From contig JAGGSY010000086.1 in the NCBI GenBank assembly GCA_021158845.1, forward strand, positions 1 to 30,004: a DNA stretch of 30,004 nucleotides, read 5' to 3'. Numbering within the stretch: position 1 is the first letter of the stretch; every line of letters starts with the position of its first letter. Positions 7,861 to 16,333 of the stretch are shown here, one piece after another. The notes beneath the pieces are model-generated. The model worked only from the letters and a program-made list of their open reading frames with translations, was not told the DNA's origin and did no database searches. The stretch comes from Caldisericia bacterium. Its GTDB lineage: Bacteria > Caldisericota > Caldisericia > B22-G15. The position numbers and the translations under genes are program-made.

Positions 7861-8391
7861 ATGAAATTAAAGGGTGAATTGGGAATAATAGAGGTATCCT
7901 CTTTAATACAAACAATAAATCAATTAAGAAAGACTGGAAAACTTGAGATTCTTCTCCCCAATGGAGATAAAGGTGAAATTTTTTTTGACAATGGAGAGAT
8001 AATTCATGCACATTCGCCTGATAATTTTGGTCTTGAAGCCCTTGCAGAAATTTTACTATTCAAGGAAGGAGAGTTTAATTTTAAAGAGAATATAGTTCTT
8101 CCAGCACCTTCCATTAGAATGGATACAGATAGAGCGATAATTGAAGCTATGAGCATGGTTGATGAAACCCAAAGCATTAAGGATATTCTTTCGAAGGTAA
8201 TAGAAATTAAATTTCAAAGTGATGATTCTAAAGTATCTCTTAACAAAGAAGAATTAGTTATATTGATGAAAAGCGATGATAAGAAGACCTTAGGTGAAAT
8301 ATTGTCTGAAACTGGAATGGATAAAGTTAAATTTTTAAAGATAATTGACCAACTATTAAAAAAGGGTATAATAACTTTAAGAAAGGAGTAG
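7861..8391 (+). CDS. DUF4388 (PatA-N-like) domain protein with a C-terminal winged-helix-like region
   Basis: LKGELGIIEVSSLIQ...RKTGKLEI...GEIFFDNGEIIHA...EGEFNF pattern of DUF4388. Start moved from GTG 7810 region to ATG 7861. Confidence 0.8.
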   Translation: MKLKGELGIIEVSSLIQTINQLRKTGKLEILLPNGDKGEIFFDNGEIIHAHSPDNFGLEALAEILLFKEGEFNFKENIVLPAPSIRMDTDRAIIEAMSMVDETQSIKDILSKVIEIKFQSDDSKVSLNKEELVILMKSDDKKTLGEILSETGMDKVKFLKIIDQLLKKGIITLRKE

Positions 8392-8394
8392 AAA

Positions 8395-8877
8395 ATGGCT
8401 GAAGGAATGTCCTCTGTTGTTATATCTGATGAGGATCTAAAAAGAATTGATGATTATTTATCTCAAGCCCTTGCCGATTCCCAGGCAAAAAACATTCTTC
8501 TTTCTGATAGATCGGGTCAGCTTATAACAAAACATGGAGGTGTTTCAAGACAGGATGCTCTAAACATATCTGCTCTTGCTGCTGGTCTCTTCTCTGCAAC
8601 AAATGAACTCGCGAAGCTCCTTGGAGAGAAGGAATTTACCGTCACGTTCCATCAAGGCGAAGAAACCAACATCCATATTTCTCTTCTTGTACCACAGGTC
8701 CTTCTTGTAATTGTATTTGACAATAGAGCGCCAGTGGGAGCAATTAGATTTTGGGCAAAGAAGATAGGAGCAGAGATTATTCCCTATCTCAAAAATATTT
8801 CTGAGAAGCCACCTGAATCTATCAAGAAGGAAGAAATGGAGTCAGAAGTGGAGAAGAAACTGGACTCTCTCTTCTAA
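8395..8877 (+). CDS. mglB: Roadblock/LC7 domain protein, MglB-like GAP
   Basis: LLSDRSGQLI, SALAAGLFSATNELAKLLGEKEF...HQGEETNIH, VIVFDNRAPVGAIR, C-terminal acidic helix ending LDSLF; adjacent to mglA. Confidence 0.9.
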   Translation: MAEGMSSVVISDEDLKRIDDYLSQALADSQAKNILLSDRSGQLITKHGGVSRQDALNISALAAGLFSATNELAKLLGEKEFTVTFHQGEETNIHISLLVPQVLLVIVFDNRAPVGAIRFWAKKIGAEIIPYLKNISEKPPESIKKEEMESEVEKKLDSLF

Positions 8878-8883
8878 TAGAAT

Positions 8884-9468
8884 ATGGCGCTGATAAATTA
8901 TTCTTTAAAAGAGATTACATTTAAAATAGTCTATTATGGCCCTGCTATGAGCGGAAAAACTACCAATTTGAGGTACATTTACGATCATCTTCCCGAGAAG
9001 CTTAAAGGAAAATTCACCTCTATTGCTACAAAGGATGAGAGAACACTCTTCTTTGATTTTCTTCCCCTTGATTTAGGAAAGATAAAGGGTTTTACCATAA
9101 AACTTTCTTTGTATACTGTTCCAGGGCAGGCAATATATACCCTCACAAGAAAAACAATCCTTAAAGCAACTGATGGAATAATATTTGTAGCTGATTCTCA
9201 GAGACATGTGAGAGAAAAAAATATAGAGAGTTTTAAAGATATGGCAGAGAATCTGAAGGAATTTGGTCTTTCCGTTGAGAAGATTCCAATAGTTCTTCAA
9301 TACAACAAGAGAGATTTAAAGGATACTTTAAGTGTGGAAGAGTTAAATGATGATTTAAATGAAGGTGGAACACTCTATCCATACTTTGAATCTATAGCCA
9401 TTGAGGGGAAGGGAGTGATGGAGTGTCTGAAGGCTATCTCAAAATTGGTGATAAGGAAAGTCTCCTGA
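8884..9468 (+). CDS. mglA: MglA small Ras-like GTPase
   Basis: INYSLKEITFKIVYYGPAMSGKTTNL, ERTLFFDFLP, LYTVPGQ, DGIIFVADS, QYNKRD. Confidence 0.95.
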   Translation: MALINYSLKEITFKIVYYGPAMSGKTTNLRYIYDHLPEKLKGKFTSIATKDERTLFFDFLPLDLGKIKGFTIKLSLYTVPGQAIYTLTRKTILKATDGIIFVADSQRHVREKNIESFKDMAENLKEFGLSVEKIPIVLQYNKRDLKDTLSVEELNDDLNEGGTLYPYFESIAIEGKGVMECLKAISKLVIRKVS

Positions 9469-10755
9469 AGAGATAAATTCTTTTAATTTCTTAATTCCTC
9501 TTTCAAACATTCTCTTTCTCCTCTCCCTTTTTGGAAGTTTTTCATTGATGGGTGGTAAAAGACCAAAATGAGCATTTGTTGGCTGAAACTCATTTTCTTT
9601 AGAAGTTATGTATTTTATTAGAGCTCCTATCATTGTCTCTTCGGGAAAAACGATACTTCCCTTACCATGAAGTTTGTTAAAGATATTTAATGATGCCACA
9701 AGGCCTGTGGCTATGTTTTCTGTGTATCCCTCAGAACCTATGATCTGCCCGGCAAAGAAAACCCCATCCTCTTTTTTCAACTCAAGATTAACTTTTAGTA
9801 GTTTTGGTGAGTTTATGAAGGTGTTTCTATGCATGGAACCATATGTGAGAAACTCTGCATTCCTTAAAGCTGGAATAAGTCTGAATACCCTTTTCTGTTC
9901 GCCATACTTAAGTGATGTTTGAAATCCAACGAGGCTAAAGAATGTTTTTTTCCTATTTTCAGGTCTTAACTGAACAACTGCAAAGGGTCTTTTCCCTGTT
10001 TTTGGGTCTATCAAACCGGTAGGCCTTAGGGGACCAAATCTAAGAGTATCCTTACCTCTCCTTGCTATCTCTTCAATTGGGAGGCATGCTTCAAAAAATT
10101 TACCCTTCTCAAAATCTCTTACCTCAGTTTGTTCTGCATTTACAAGCTCTCTCCAGAAAATTTCATACTCACTTTCATTTAAGGGACAATTCAGATAATC
10201 TTTCTCATCTGAGTATCTTCCACCCCAGAATGCCTTTGAATAGTCTATGGTTGATCCATCCACTATGGGAGCGATGGCATCATAGAAGTATAAAAAATCC
10301 TCTCCCAAAAAATTTTTTAAATAGAGAGAAAAGCTATCCGATGTTAAAGGTCCTGTGGCAATAAGAACTGGTCTTTCATTTGGCAACTCTTTCATCTCTT
10401 CTCTGACAATCTCAATGTTCTCCATAGATGAAAGCACAGATGTTATACGCTTAGAAAATCTTTCCCTGTCAACTATTAGAGATTTTTTAGATGATATACT
10501 CACCTCATAGGCAGTTTTTATAAGCAGAGAGTTTAATAACTTCAGTTCCTCTTTTATCATTCCTCTGCCCCTTGTTACATCTGTTGAACCAAAGGAGTTT
10601 GAGCAGACTATCTCAGAAAGGTAGCCTGTTTTGTGAGCAGGTGTAAATTTTTTAGGTCTCATCTCAAAGAGAGTTACTTTGATTCCTCTTATTGCGAGTT
10701 GGAAGGTAGCTTCACTTCCTGCAAGCCCCCCACCTATTACAACAACACTCTTCAT
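9439..10755 (-). CDS. trmFO: Folate/FAD-dependent tRNA (uracil-5-)-methyltransferase TrmFO
   Basis: VIGGGLAGSEA, FEMRP, EIVCSNSFGS, ATGPLTS, FYDAIAP, YLNCP, FEACLPIE, GPLRPTGL, VVQLR, GSMHRNTF, FAGQ. Confidence 0.97.
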   Translation of the reverse strand: MKSVVVIGGGLAGSEATFQLAIRGIKVTLFEMRPKKFTPAHKTGYLSEIVCSNSFGSTDVTRGRGMIKEELKLLNSLLIKTAYEVSISSKKSLIVDRERFSKRITSVLSSMENIEIVREEMKELPNERPVLIATGPLTSDSFSLYLKNFLGEDFLYFYDAIAPIVDGSTIDYSKAFWGGRYSDEKDYLNCPLNESEYEIFWRELVNAEQTEVRDFEKGKFFEACLPIEEIARRGKDTLRFGPLRPTGLIDPKTGKRPFAVVQLRPENRKKTFFSLVGFQTSLKYGEQKRVFRLIPALRNAEFLTYGSMHRNTFINSPKLLKVNLELKKEDGVFFAGQIIGSEGYTENIATGLVASLNIFNKLHGKGSIVFPEETMIGALIKYITSKENEFQPTNAHFGLLPPINEKLPKRERRKRMFERGIKKLKEFISSGDFPYHQF

Positions 10756-11597
10756 TTCTTATGTTCTGTAATTCTACCAAGGAGAATATCAAGTGCGTGG
10801 GGCAGGATGGGAATAATAACATCCATGCACTCTTCTACCGCTTTCTCTGAACCAGGAAGATTAATTACAATCATATCTCCTCTTATCCCAGAAATTCCTC
10901 TGGATAGATATGCCATTTTTGTTATCTTTCCTGTTTCATGCCTTATTAACTCTGGAATACCAGGTATCTCTTTTTCTATTGTCTCTCTTGTTGCTTCAGG
11001 GGTTACATCTCTTTTAGAAAAACCTGTTCCTCCTGTTGTTATAAGGAGATTTATGCCACTTTTCTCTGCCTCTATCAAGTTTTCCTTTATGATTTCTTTT
11101 TCGTCAGGTACAATCTTATAGAAAACTACATTAAAACCGTTCTCTGTTAAAATTTTTTCTATTGCCCTTCCCGATCTATCCTCCCTTTCACCCCTTGAAC
11201 CTTTATCACTTATGGTGAGCACACCTGACCATATATCATCGTTATCAATCTCTATGATAACCCTATCACCATCTTTAAGATTTAGTTTCTCCCTTAGTGG
11301 AACATCTGATACTATCTCTAACACATCTTCGTATTTTGTTTTATCAGGAAGAACTATGTGACAATTCATGTTGTTTAGTTTACATGGTGATAAGGATATA
11401 TCGCCAAATCCAGAGAATCCTTTAATGATTTTCCTCTCTTTAAATTTTATATTTTTAACCCTTAGGGGAGTTCTAATGTTTAGAGTTCCATTAAATACAT
11501 CTATTCCTAAAACATCCTTTATCCTTTCTTTATATATCTTAATGTACTTCTCCCCCTCCTTTATTCCACTGGTAACCTTTCCAGTTATTCTCTTCAT
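10752..11597 (-). CDS. Fusion: archaeal-type CTP-dependent riboflavin kinase domain (about aa 1-118) plus MogA/MoaB molybdopterin adenylyltransferase (about aa 121-281)
   Basis: N-part: GKVTSGIKEG...LGIDVFNGTLNI...IVLPDKT...LEIVSDVPLREKLNLKDGDRV. C-part: LTISDKGSRGEREDRSG, VPDE, TTGGTG..RDVTPEA, PGIPE, LSRG, INLPGS. Confidence 0.85.
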   Translation of the reverse strand: MKRITGKVTSGIKEGEKYIKIYKERIKDVLGIDVFNGTLNIRTPLRVKNIKFKERKIIKGFSGFGDISLSPCKLNNMNCHIVLPDKTKYEDVLEIVSDVPLREKLNLKDGDRVIIEIDNDDIWSGVLTISDKGSRGEREDRSGRAIEKILTENGFNVVFYKIVPDEKEIIKENLIEAEKSGINLLITTGGTGFSKRDVTPEATRETIEKEIPGIPELIRHETGKITKMAYLSRGISGIRGDMIVINLPGSEKAVEECMDVIIPILPHALDILLGRITEHKK

Positions 11598-12967
11598 ACC
11601 TCGTCTCTTGAAATGGGATTTTCTATGTTTGTGCCGAAGGGAAGGTTTGGTTTCTTTCCATTTATGGAAATATCCAATTTGTCAATGTTCAGTGCGTCAG
11701 TAAATGTGTAGACAAGCTCCTTTAAAAACAATCTTTCTTTTGTTTTAGAGTCAATGAAGGAGAGGTCTATTTTAATATCTATTTTAAGAGTGTCTCCTTT
11801 TAAGGAATGGGATACAATTTTAGCTGATTTCGGTATAAATGTTTCAAGACCAACTGGAGGGTTCTTCAATCCATTAAATATAGTGTTAACGCCGTCTCCC
11901 TCTTCCTTTGTGAATTTTGTTATAGGTGTTATGAAGTACTTATCCTTAATTTTATATATATAGTAGATGGGATATCCAATCATGCCTTCAGGAGGTGGGT
12001 TTAGATCAAAATACCATCTTGTTAGAGGTTTGCTTGTATCAAAGTTGCCTCCTATGGTATCCTGAACCTCCCCATCTACTAAAAATAGAACCTTATTTAT
12101 ACCCGGAATTTCAGTCATGGATAGAATTATAGAGTACATAAAAGCATTTTCAGAGGCAGATCCAAATCCTGTGTAGGATAAAATATCAGAGGTAAAATCT
12201 AAGGTTAATACATCTCCTTCAATTCTAATATCCTTCAAATTCGCAATCTTTGGTACCGTGGGGATGAGGTAATCTTTGTATATTCCAGATGGGCCGGATT
12301 TTAATTTATCAAAAACTATTCTTGCCCATCTAATTCTATCCTCAGGTTCAGGAATTTCAGTCTCATAAAGTATGGGAAAGGTTGCATTTTTGTCAAAGAA
12401 GTAAATGATTGCCTTTCTGCCCTGGGGAAGAGAAGATGTAAGCATGTTAAGGGGTTCTGATATAGACACAGAATCCCAATAGAAATTGTCAGGTTTGTCA
12501 TTTATTAGAATTTGAACCCTCCTTAATGGTGTATTTGCCACTATACTGTTTACAATGGAGTAGAGTGAAGCTGCTTCACCAGATATTCCAGGAAGTATTC
12601 TATTTTTAATCTCCTTGGAAAAGGAGACAATGGCTATATCTTCTTTGGTTTCAACGCCTATAATCTTCGTATTTGGATCTACAACTCTTGAGAGATTACT
12701 ATTTTTTGGACCTCTTACTATTTCAAGACATATCCTCTTTATCTTTTCCTCTATATGAGAAAATTTTGGAATTGTGTGTCTTTCCCATACAAGTTCTTTA
12801 GAGTCCTCTTCATAAAAGTATATTTTTACTGATTCATTGCCTTTAGAGAAAAGATTAATATTAAATACTCTTAGTGAAACAAGAACCACAATAACAAATA
12901 TAAGCAGGAACACAAAGGCTAAGCGTCTTGAACTATCTTTTTTTCTTTTTATATTTCTCTTTCTCAT
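11594..12967 (-). CDS. Membrane-anchored protein with three GerMN-like domains
   Basis: Basic N-terminus plus one TM helix, then three units of the pattern IYF...(GP)...IP....I....D/A.V.F/L.....E...YSIVxS....I..V..L(I/V)DG. Confidence 0.75.
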   Translation of the reverse strand: MRKRNIKRKKDSSRRLAFVFLLIFVIVVLVSLRVFNINLFSKGNESVKIYFYEEDSKELVWERHTIPKFSHIEEKIKRICLEIVRGPKNSNLSRVVDPNTKIIGVETKEDIAIVSFSKEIKNRILPGISGEAASLYSIVNSIVANTPLRRVQILINDKPDNFYWDSVSISEPLNMLTSSLPQGRKAIIYFFDKNATFPILYETEIPEPEDRIRWARIVFDKLKSGPSGIYKDYLIPTVPKIANLKDIRIEGDVLTLDFTSDILSYTGFGSASENAFMYSIILSMTEIPGINKVLFLVDGEVQDTIGGNFDTSKPLTRWYFDLNPPPEGMIGYPIYYIYKIKDKYFITPITKFTKEEGDGVNTIFNGLKNPPVGLETFIPKSAKIVSHSLKGDTLKIDIKIDLSFIDSKTKERLFLKELVYTFTDALNIDKLDISINGKKPNLPFGTNIENPISRDEV

Positions 12968-12970
12968 CCA

Positions 12971-14140
12971 TTAAATTATAACACCAAAGGATTTAAGAGA
13001 TAGATATATAAGAAATACACCAAGGATAAGGAAGAGAATTGAGGTTGCCAGTTTCACCTTTCCCACATTCTCCCTCATCAATCTTCCGAGTTCTCTGTTG
13101 GACATACCAAAATAGACACCGGTAAATATAAGTATCAAAGGTAGAACAAACATAAGATTGTAGATTACAAGCATTAACAAAGCTTTAACTCTAAGTTCTG
13201 GGATTCCAATTATATAGACTATGGTTGGTAGGTAGGTTTGTCCTGTACACAGGAACTCTATCAGGGAGATTGGAAATGCCACAAGGAAGGCAGTAACTGC
13301 TATTAAAGATGATTTTGGTTGTTTCTTTATAATCTCCTTTGCCCCCTTTTTAAAAAATCTTGGCAATTGAAGGGAAATATCTCCTCCTTTGCCTTTTTTA
13401 ATCTTTATATAATCTATAAAAGAAAAGACAGAGAGAGTTATTACAAGAATTGCAGAGATAAGGTATATTACTTTTGAGATCATTCCAACAAAAGAAAGTT
13501 TAAGTATTACCCTGAATAGACCCAAACCAGATAGAAGGTAAGCAAGGAATACACCGAGTGTAAAAGATATTCCTGTTATTAGAACTTCTCTCCTGCTCCT
13601 TTTTTGGGTAAGAAGAAATGTTATGAAAAATATTAGAACTGCAAAGGCACATGGATTTATTCCATCAATCAACCCTGCCAACATAACCATCAAGGGACCA
13701 AATGTTTCGAAGTATCTTTTGATTCTTTCCTTTCCACTCATACTTGATGATGCTGCCTCAAGTAAAAACTGGGTATCCTCTGGAGAGTAATTTTTTATCT
13801 TTTCCATTAAATTTTCTTTGATTTCTTCTTCTCCTATAAGGGCAGTTTTTCCAATAAAAACTGCTGGAACGACTCCCCTCTCTTTTTCGTCAACTTCATA
13901 TATTTCATCAAGTTTTGCTCTAAGTTCCTGATTCTTTTCCTCTGCTATATTAAACTTTGTTATTTTTATTCTCTTATTTGACAATGCAAGGTGTTCAAGA
14001 TATGGACCTACCCTTCCGCATTCTGGACAACCCTCTATGTAGAAGTAGTAGATAGTTATGTCAGAGTTAAGTGAGAAAATTTTCACTTGAGGAATTAAAA
14101 AAAATAAAAAGAGGAAAGCTATTAGTATATATTTTTTCAT
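12971..14140 (-). CDS. Thioredoxin-domain (CPEC) fused CcdA/DsbD-type transmembrane electron transporter
   Basis: Signal-like N-terminus, FYIEGCPEC, then about 6 TM helices with GINPCAF and EFLCTGQTY cysteines. Confidence 0.82.
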   Translation of the reverse strand: MKKYILIAFLFLFFLIPQVKIFSLNSDITIYYFYIEGCPECGRVGPYLEHLALSNKRIKITKFNIAEEKNQELRAKLDEIYEVDEKERGVVPAVFIGKTALIGEEEIKENLMEKIKNYSPEDTQFLLEAASSSMSGKERIKRYFETFGPLMVMLAGLIDGINPCAFAVLIFFITFLLTQKRSRREVLITGISFTLGVFLAYLLSGLGLFRVILKLSFVGMISKVIYLISAILVITLSVFSFIDYIKIKKGKGGDISLQLPRFFKKGAKEIIKKQPKSSLIAVTAFLVAFPISLIEFLCTGQTYLPTIVYIIGIPELRVKALLMLVIYNLMFVLPLILIFTGVYFGMSNRELGRLMRENVGKVKLATSILFLILGVFLIYLSLKSFGVII

Positions 14141-15156
14141 AGCCCTAAAAATTCCTTTAGTTTCTCCTCTATGTTTTTGAATGTGGGACTCCCATGGAAC
14201 ATAATTGTTCCATCTGAATCTACAAACATAACTCTTGGTGTAAACTCCATTGTAAGTTTTTTTACAAGCTCTCTCTTTGTATCGATTACTATTCTCATAT
14301 AATCTATGTTTTTAGAGTCTTTATACTTTTCAAGGGTTTTATCTTTGGAGGTTACCGATATAAAAAGATAGTTAACTTTCCTCCTTTTTATATATTTTGA
14401 TAGCATCTCATCAAATTCACGTGTGTGCCGTATACAGGAACCACATGTGGCGTTTGTTGCAACTATTATGAGTTTCTTTCCCATTAAATCCCTGCTTTTT
14501 ATTTTATTTCCATCAATGTCTATTGCCTCAAATTCAGGTAGTTTATCACCAATCCTAAGTATTTTATGCTCCTCTTCTTTATTTGAAGTAAGGTTTTTGT
14601 ATGCAGTGACTCCATGATCATCTATGTATGAGAGGGCAGCAACCTCTTTTATTTTATCTCGAATCAACATAGAGACCTCTCCTTCCTCTACTGGGAGAGG
14701 GATGGGTTTTGTAAGAAGGTCCTTATAATCTTTTCCTTCAAAGTTTTTAAAGAATGAATCCCAATCTACATCACTTGATGTTAATATCTCATTCATAGGT
14801 AGAATTTTTAGTATTTTTCCGTTGGAGTCAAATGCAACAAGGAGTTTAACTTCATTGTTCTTATTCTTCAAAGAAAGATGCTTAATTGTAACTACTGCCG
14901 TTTTTCCAAGAAAGGTGTTTTTCTTGTTTACTATGGTATCAAAACTTACGCCAGTATCTGGTCTATCAGGAAAGTTTACTGTCCTTGTTTCATAAATGGA
15001 TACATCTTTCCCAAAAACTAAACTTAAAGCTTTGTCATAGGATAGATTTTTCTTGAAGATTAATGGAATAGTTACAATAAGAATAAAGGCTAAAATGATA
15101 ATTGAAGATACAATGAAATAGGTTTTTACAGGATTTTTTTCTTTTCTCTTTTTCAT
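14137..15156 (-). CDS. Membrane-anchored FMN-binding-like domain plus TlpA/redoxin (CGSC) domain protein
   Basis: One TM; KLLVAFDSNGKILKI...FFKNFEGK resembles RnfG/NqrC-type FMN_bind; C-terminal IGDKLPEFEAIDIDG...TCGSC...FTPRVMFVDSDGTI is TlpA-like. Confidence 0.65.
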   Translation of the reverse strand: MKKRKEKNPVKTYFIVSSIIILAFILIVTIPLIFKKNLSYDKALSLVFGKDVSIYETRTVNFPDRPDTGVSFDTIVNKKNTFLGKTAVVTIKHLSLKNKNNEVKLLVAFDSNGKILKILPMNEILTSSDVDWDSFFKNFEGKDYKDLLTKPIPLPVEEGEVSMLIRDKIKEVAALSYIDDHGVTAYKNLTSNKEEEHKILRIGDKLPEFEAIDIDGNKIKSRDLMGKKLIIVATNATCGSCIRHTREFDEMLSKYIKRRKVNYLFISVTSKDKTLEKYKDSKNIDYMRIVIDTKRELVKKLTMEFTPRVMFVDSDGTIMFHGSPTFKNIEEKLKEFLGL

Positions 15157-15169
15157 CTTTCACCTCCTA

Positions 15170-16333
15170 TCATCCATCAAGAAAAGACACTATCTTTACC
15201 GGTTTACCTTCCTTTATATACACCCTTGGTACAGATCTACTTATCCTTGATACTATCTCATAGTTTATTGTATCAAGTTTCTCTGCTATCTCTGTAGCAG
15301 TGATCTCCTCTTCTCCATCTCTTCCAATAATTGTTACCTCATCTCCAACTTTCAGGTCTGGAATATCAGTTACATCTATCATAAATTTTCCCATACACAC
15401 TCTACCTACAACTCTCACCCGCCTTCCTTTTACAATCACCTCTCCAATGTTTGTTAACGCTCTGGGATAACCGTCTGAATATCCCATGGGGATAGTTGCT
15501 ATAATACTTTCTCTCTCTGTATAGAATTTTCTTCCATAACTTATTGGAGTTCCCTTATCAACTCTCTTTAAAAAAATTATTTTTGCTCTTATACTCATAA
15601 CTGGATGTAGGTTTATCTCTCTAACAAATATTGAAGGTTTCAATCCATAAAGCATTATCCCAATTCTTACCCCGTCAAGAGAAAACTTCGGAAGGTCAAT
15701 TACAGTGGCGGAGTTCCCTATGTGTTTTAATGGTATTTTGATTCCCTCCCTTTCAAGTTCATCAACAACATACATAAATCTTTTAAATTGTTCTTCTGTA
15801 AAGGATTTATCCTCCTCGTCTGCTGTGGAGAAGTGAGAGTAAATTCCCTCTATCTCAATATTTTTAAACTCTGTTAATTTCTTTATAAACTCAATGGAGT
15901 CTTTATAGGGAACTCCCAACCTTCCCATTCCTGTATCTATTTTTACATGCACCTTAATCCTTTCGCCGTATATTTCAAGAAATCTTTGCAATTCCTCTGC
16001 AAATTCAAGAGAGAGGATTGTAGGTGTAAGGGAAAATTCAACTATATAGTTTACCTGCTTTGGAAATACATATCCCATTATAAGTATTGGCTTCTCTACG
16101 CCCTCGCTTCTCAACTCTATTCCTTCCTCAAGATTCCTTACAGCAAGATAGTCTGCTCCAAGATTTTCCAGTTCCTTTGCTATTTCCACAGAGCCATGCC
16201 CATAGGCATTACTTTTTACAACTGCTATAAGTTTTCTATTTCCTATTATTTCTCTTACCTTTTCATAGTTCTTTTTGAGATTATCAAGATTTATCTCAGC
16301 CCAAACAGGTCTTAAGAGAACTCCATTTTTCAT
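15170..16333 (-). CDS. alr: Alanine racemase family PLP enzyme
   Basis: WAEINLD, AVVKSNAYGHG (PLP Lys), HVKIDTGMGRLG, YSHF, VRIGIMLYG, ISYG (catalytic Tyr), GYSDG, TINYE. Confidence 0.93.
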   Translation of the reverse strand: MKNGVLLRPVWAEINLDNLKKNYEKVREIIGNRKLIAVVKSNAYGHGSVEIAKELENLGADYLAVRNLEEGIELRSEGVEKPILIMGYVFPKQVNYIVEFSLTPTILSLEFAEELQRFLEIYGERIKVHVKIDTGMGRLGVPYKDSIEFIKKLTEFKNIEIEGIYSHFSTADEEDKSFTEEQFKRFMYVVDELEREGIKIPLKHIGNSATVIDLPKFSLDGVRIGIMLYGLKPSIFVREINLHPVMSIRAKIIFLKRVDKGTPISYGRKFYTERESIIATIPMGYSDGYPRALTNIGEVIVKGRRVRVVGRVCMGKFMIDVTDIPDLKVGDEVTIIGRDGEEEITATEIAEKLDTINYEIVSRISRSVPRVYIKEGKPVKIVSFLDG

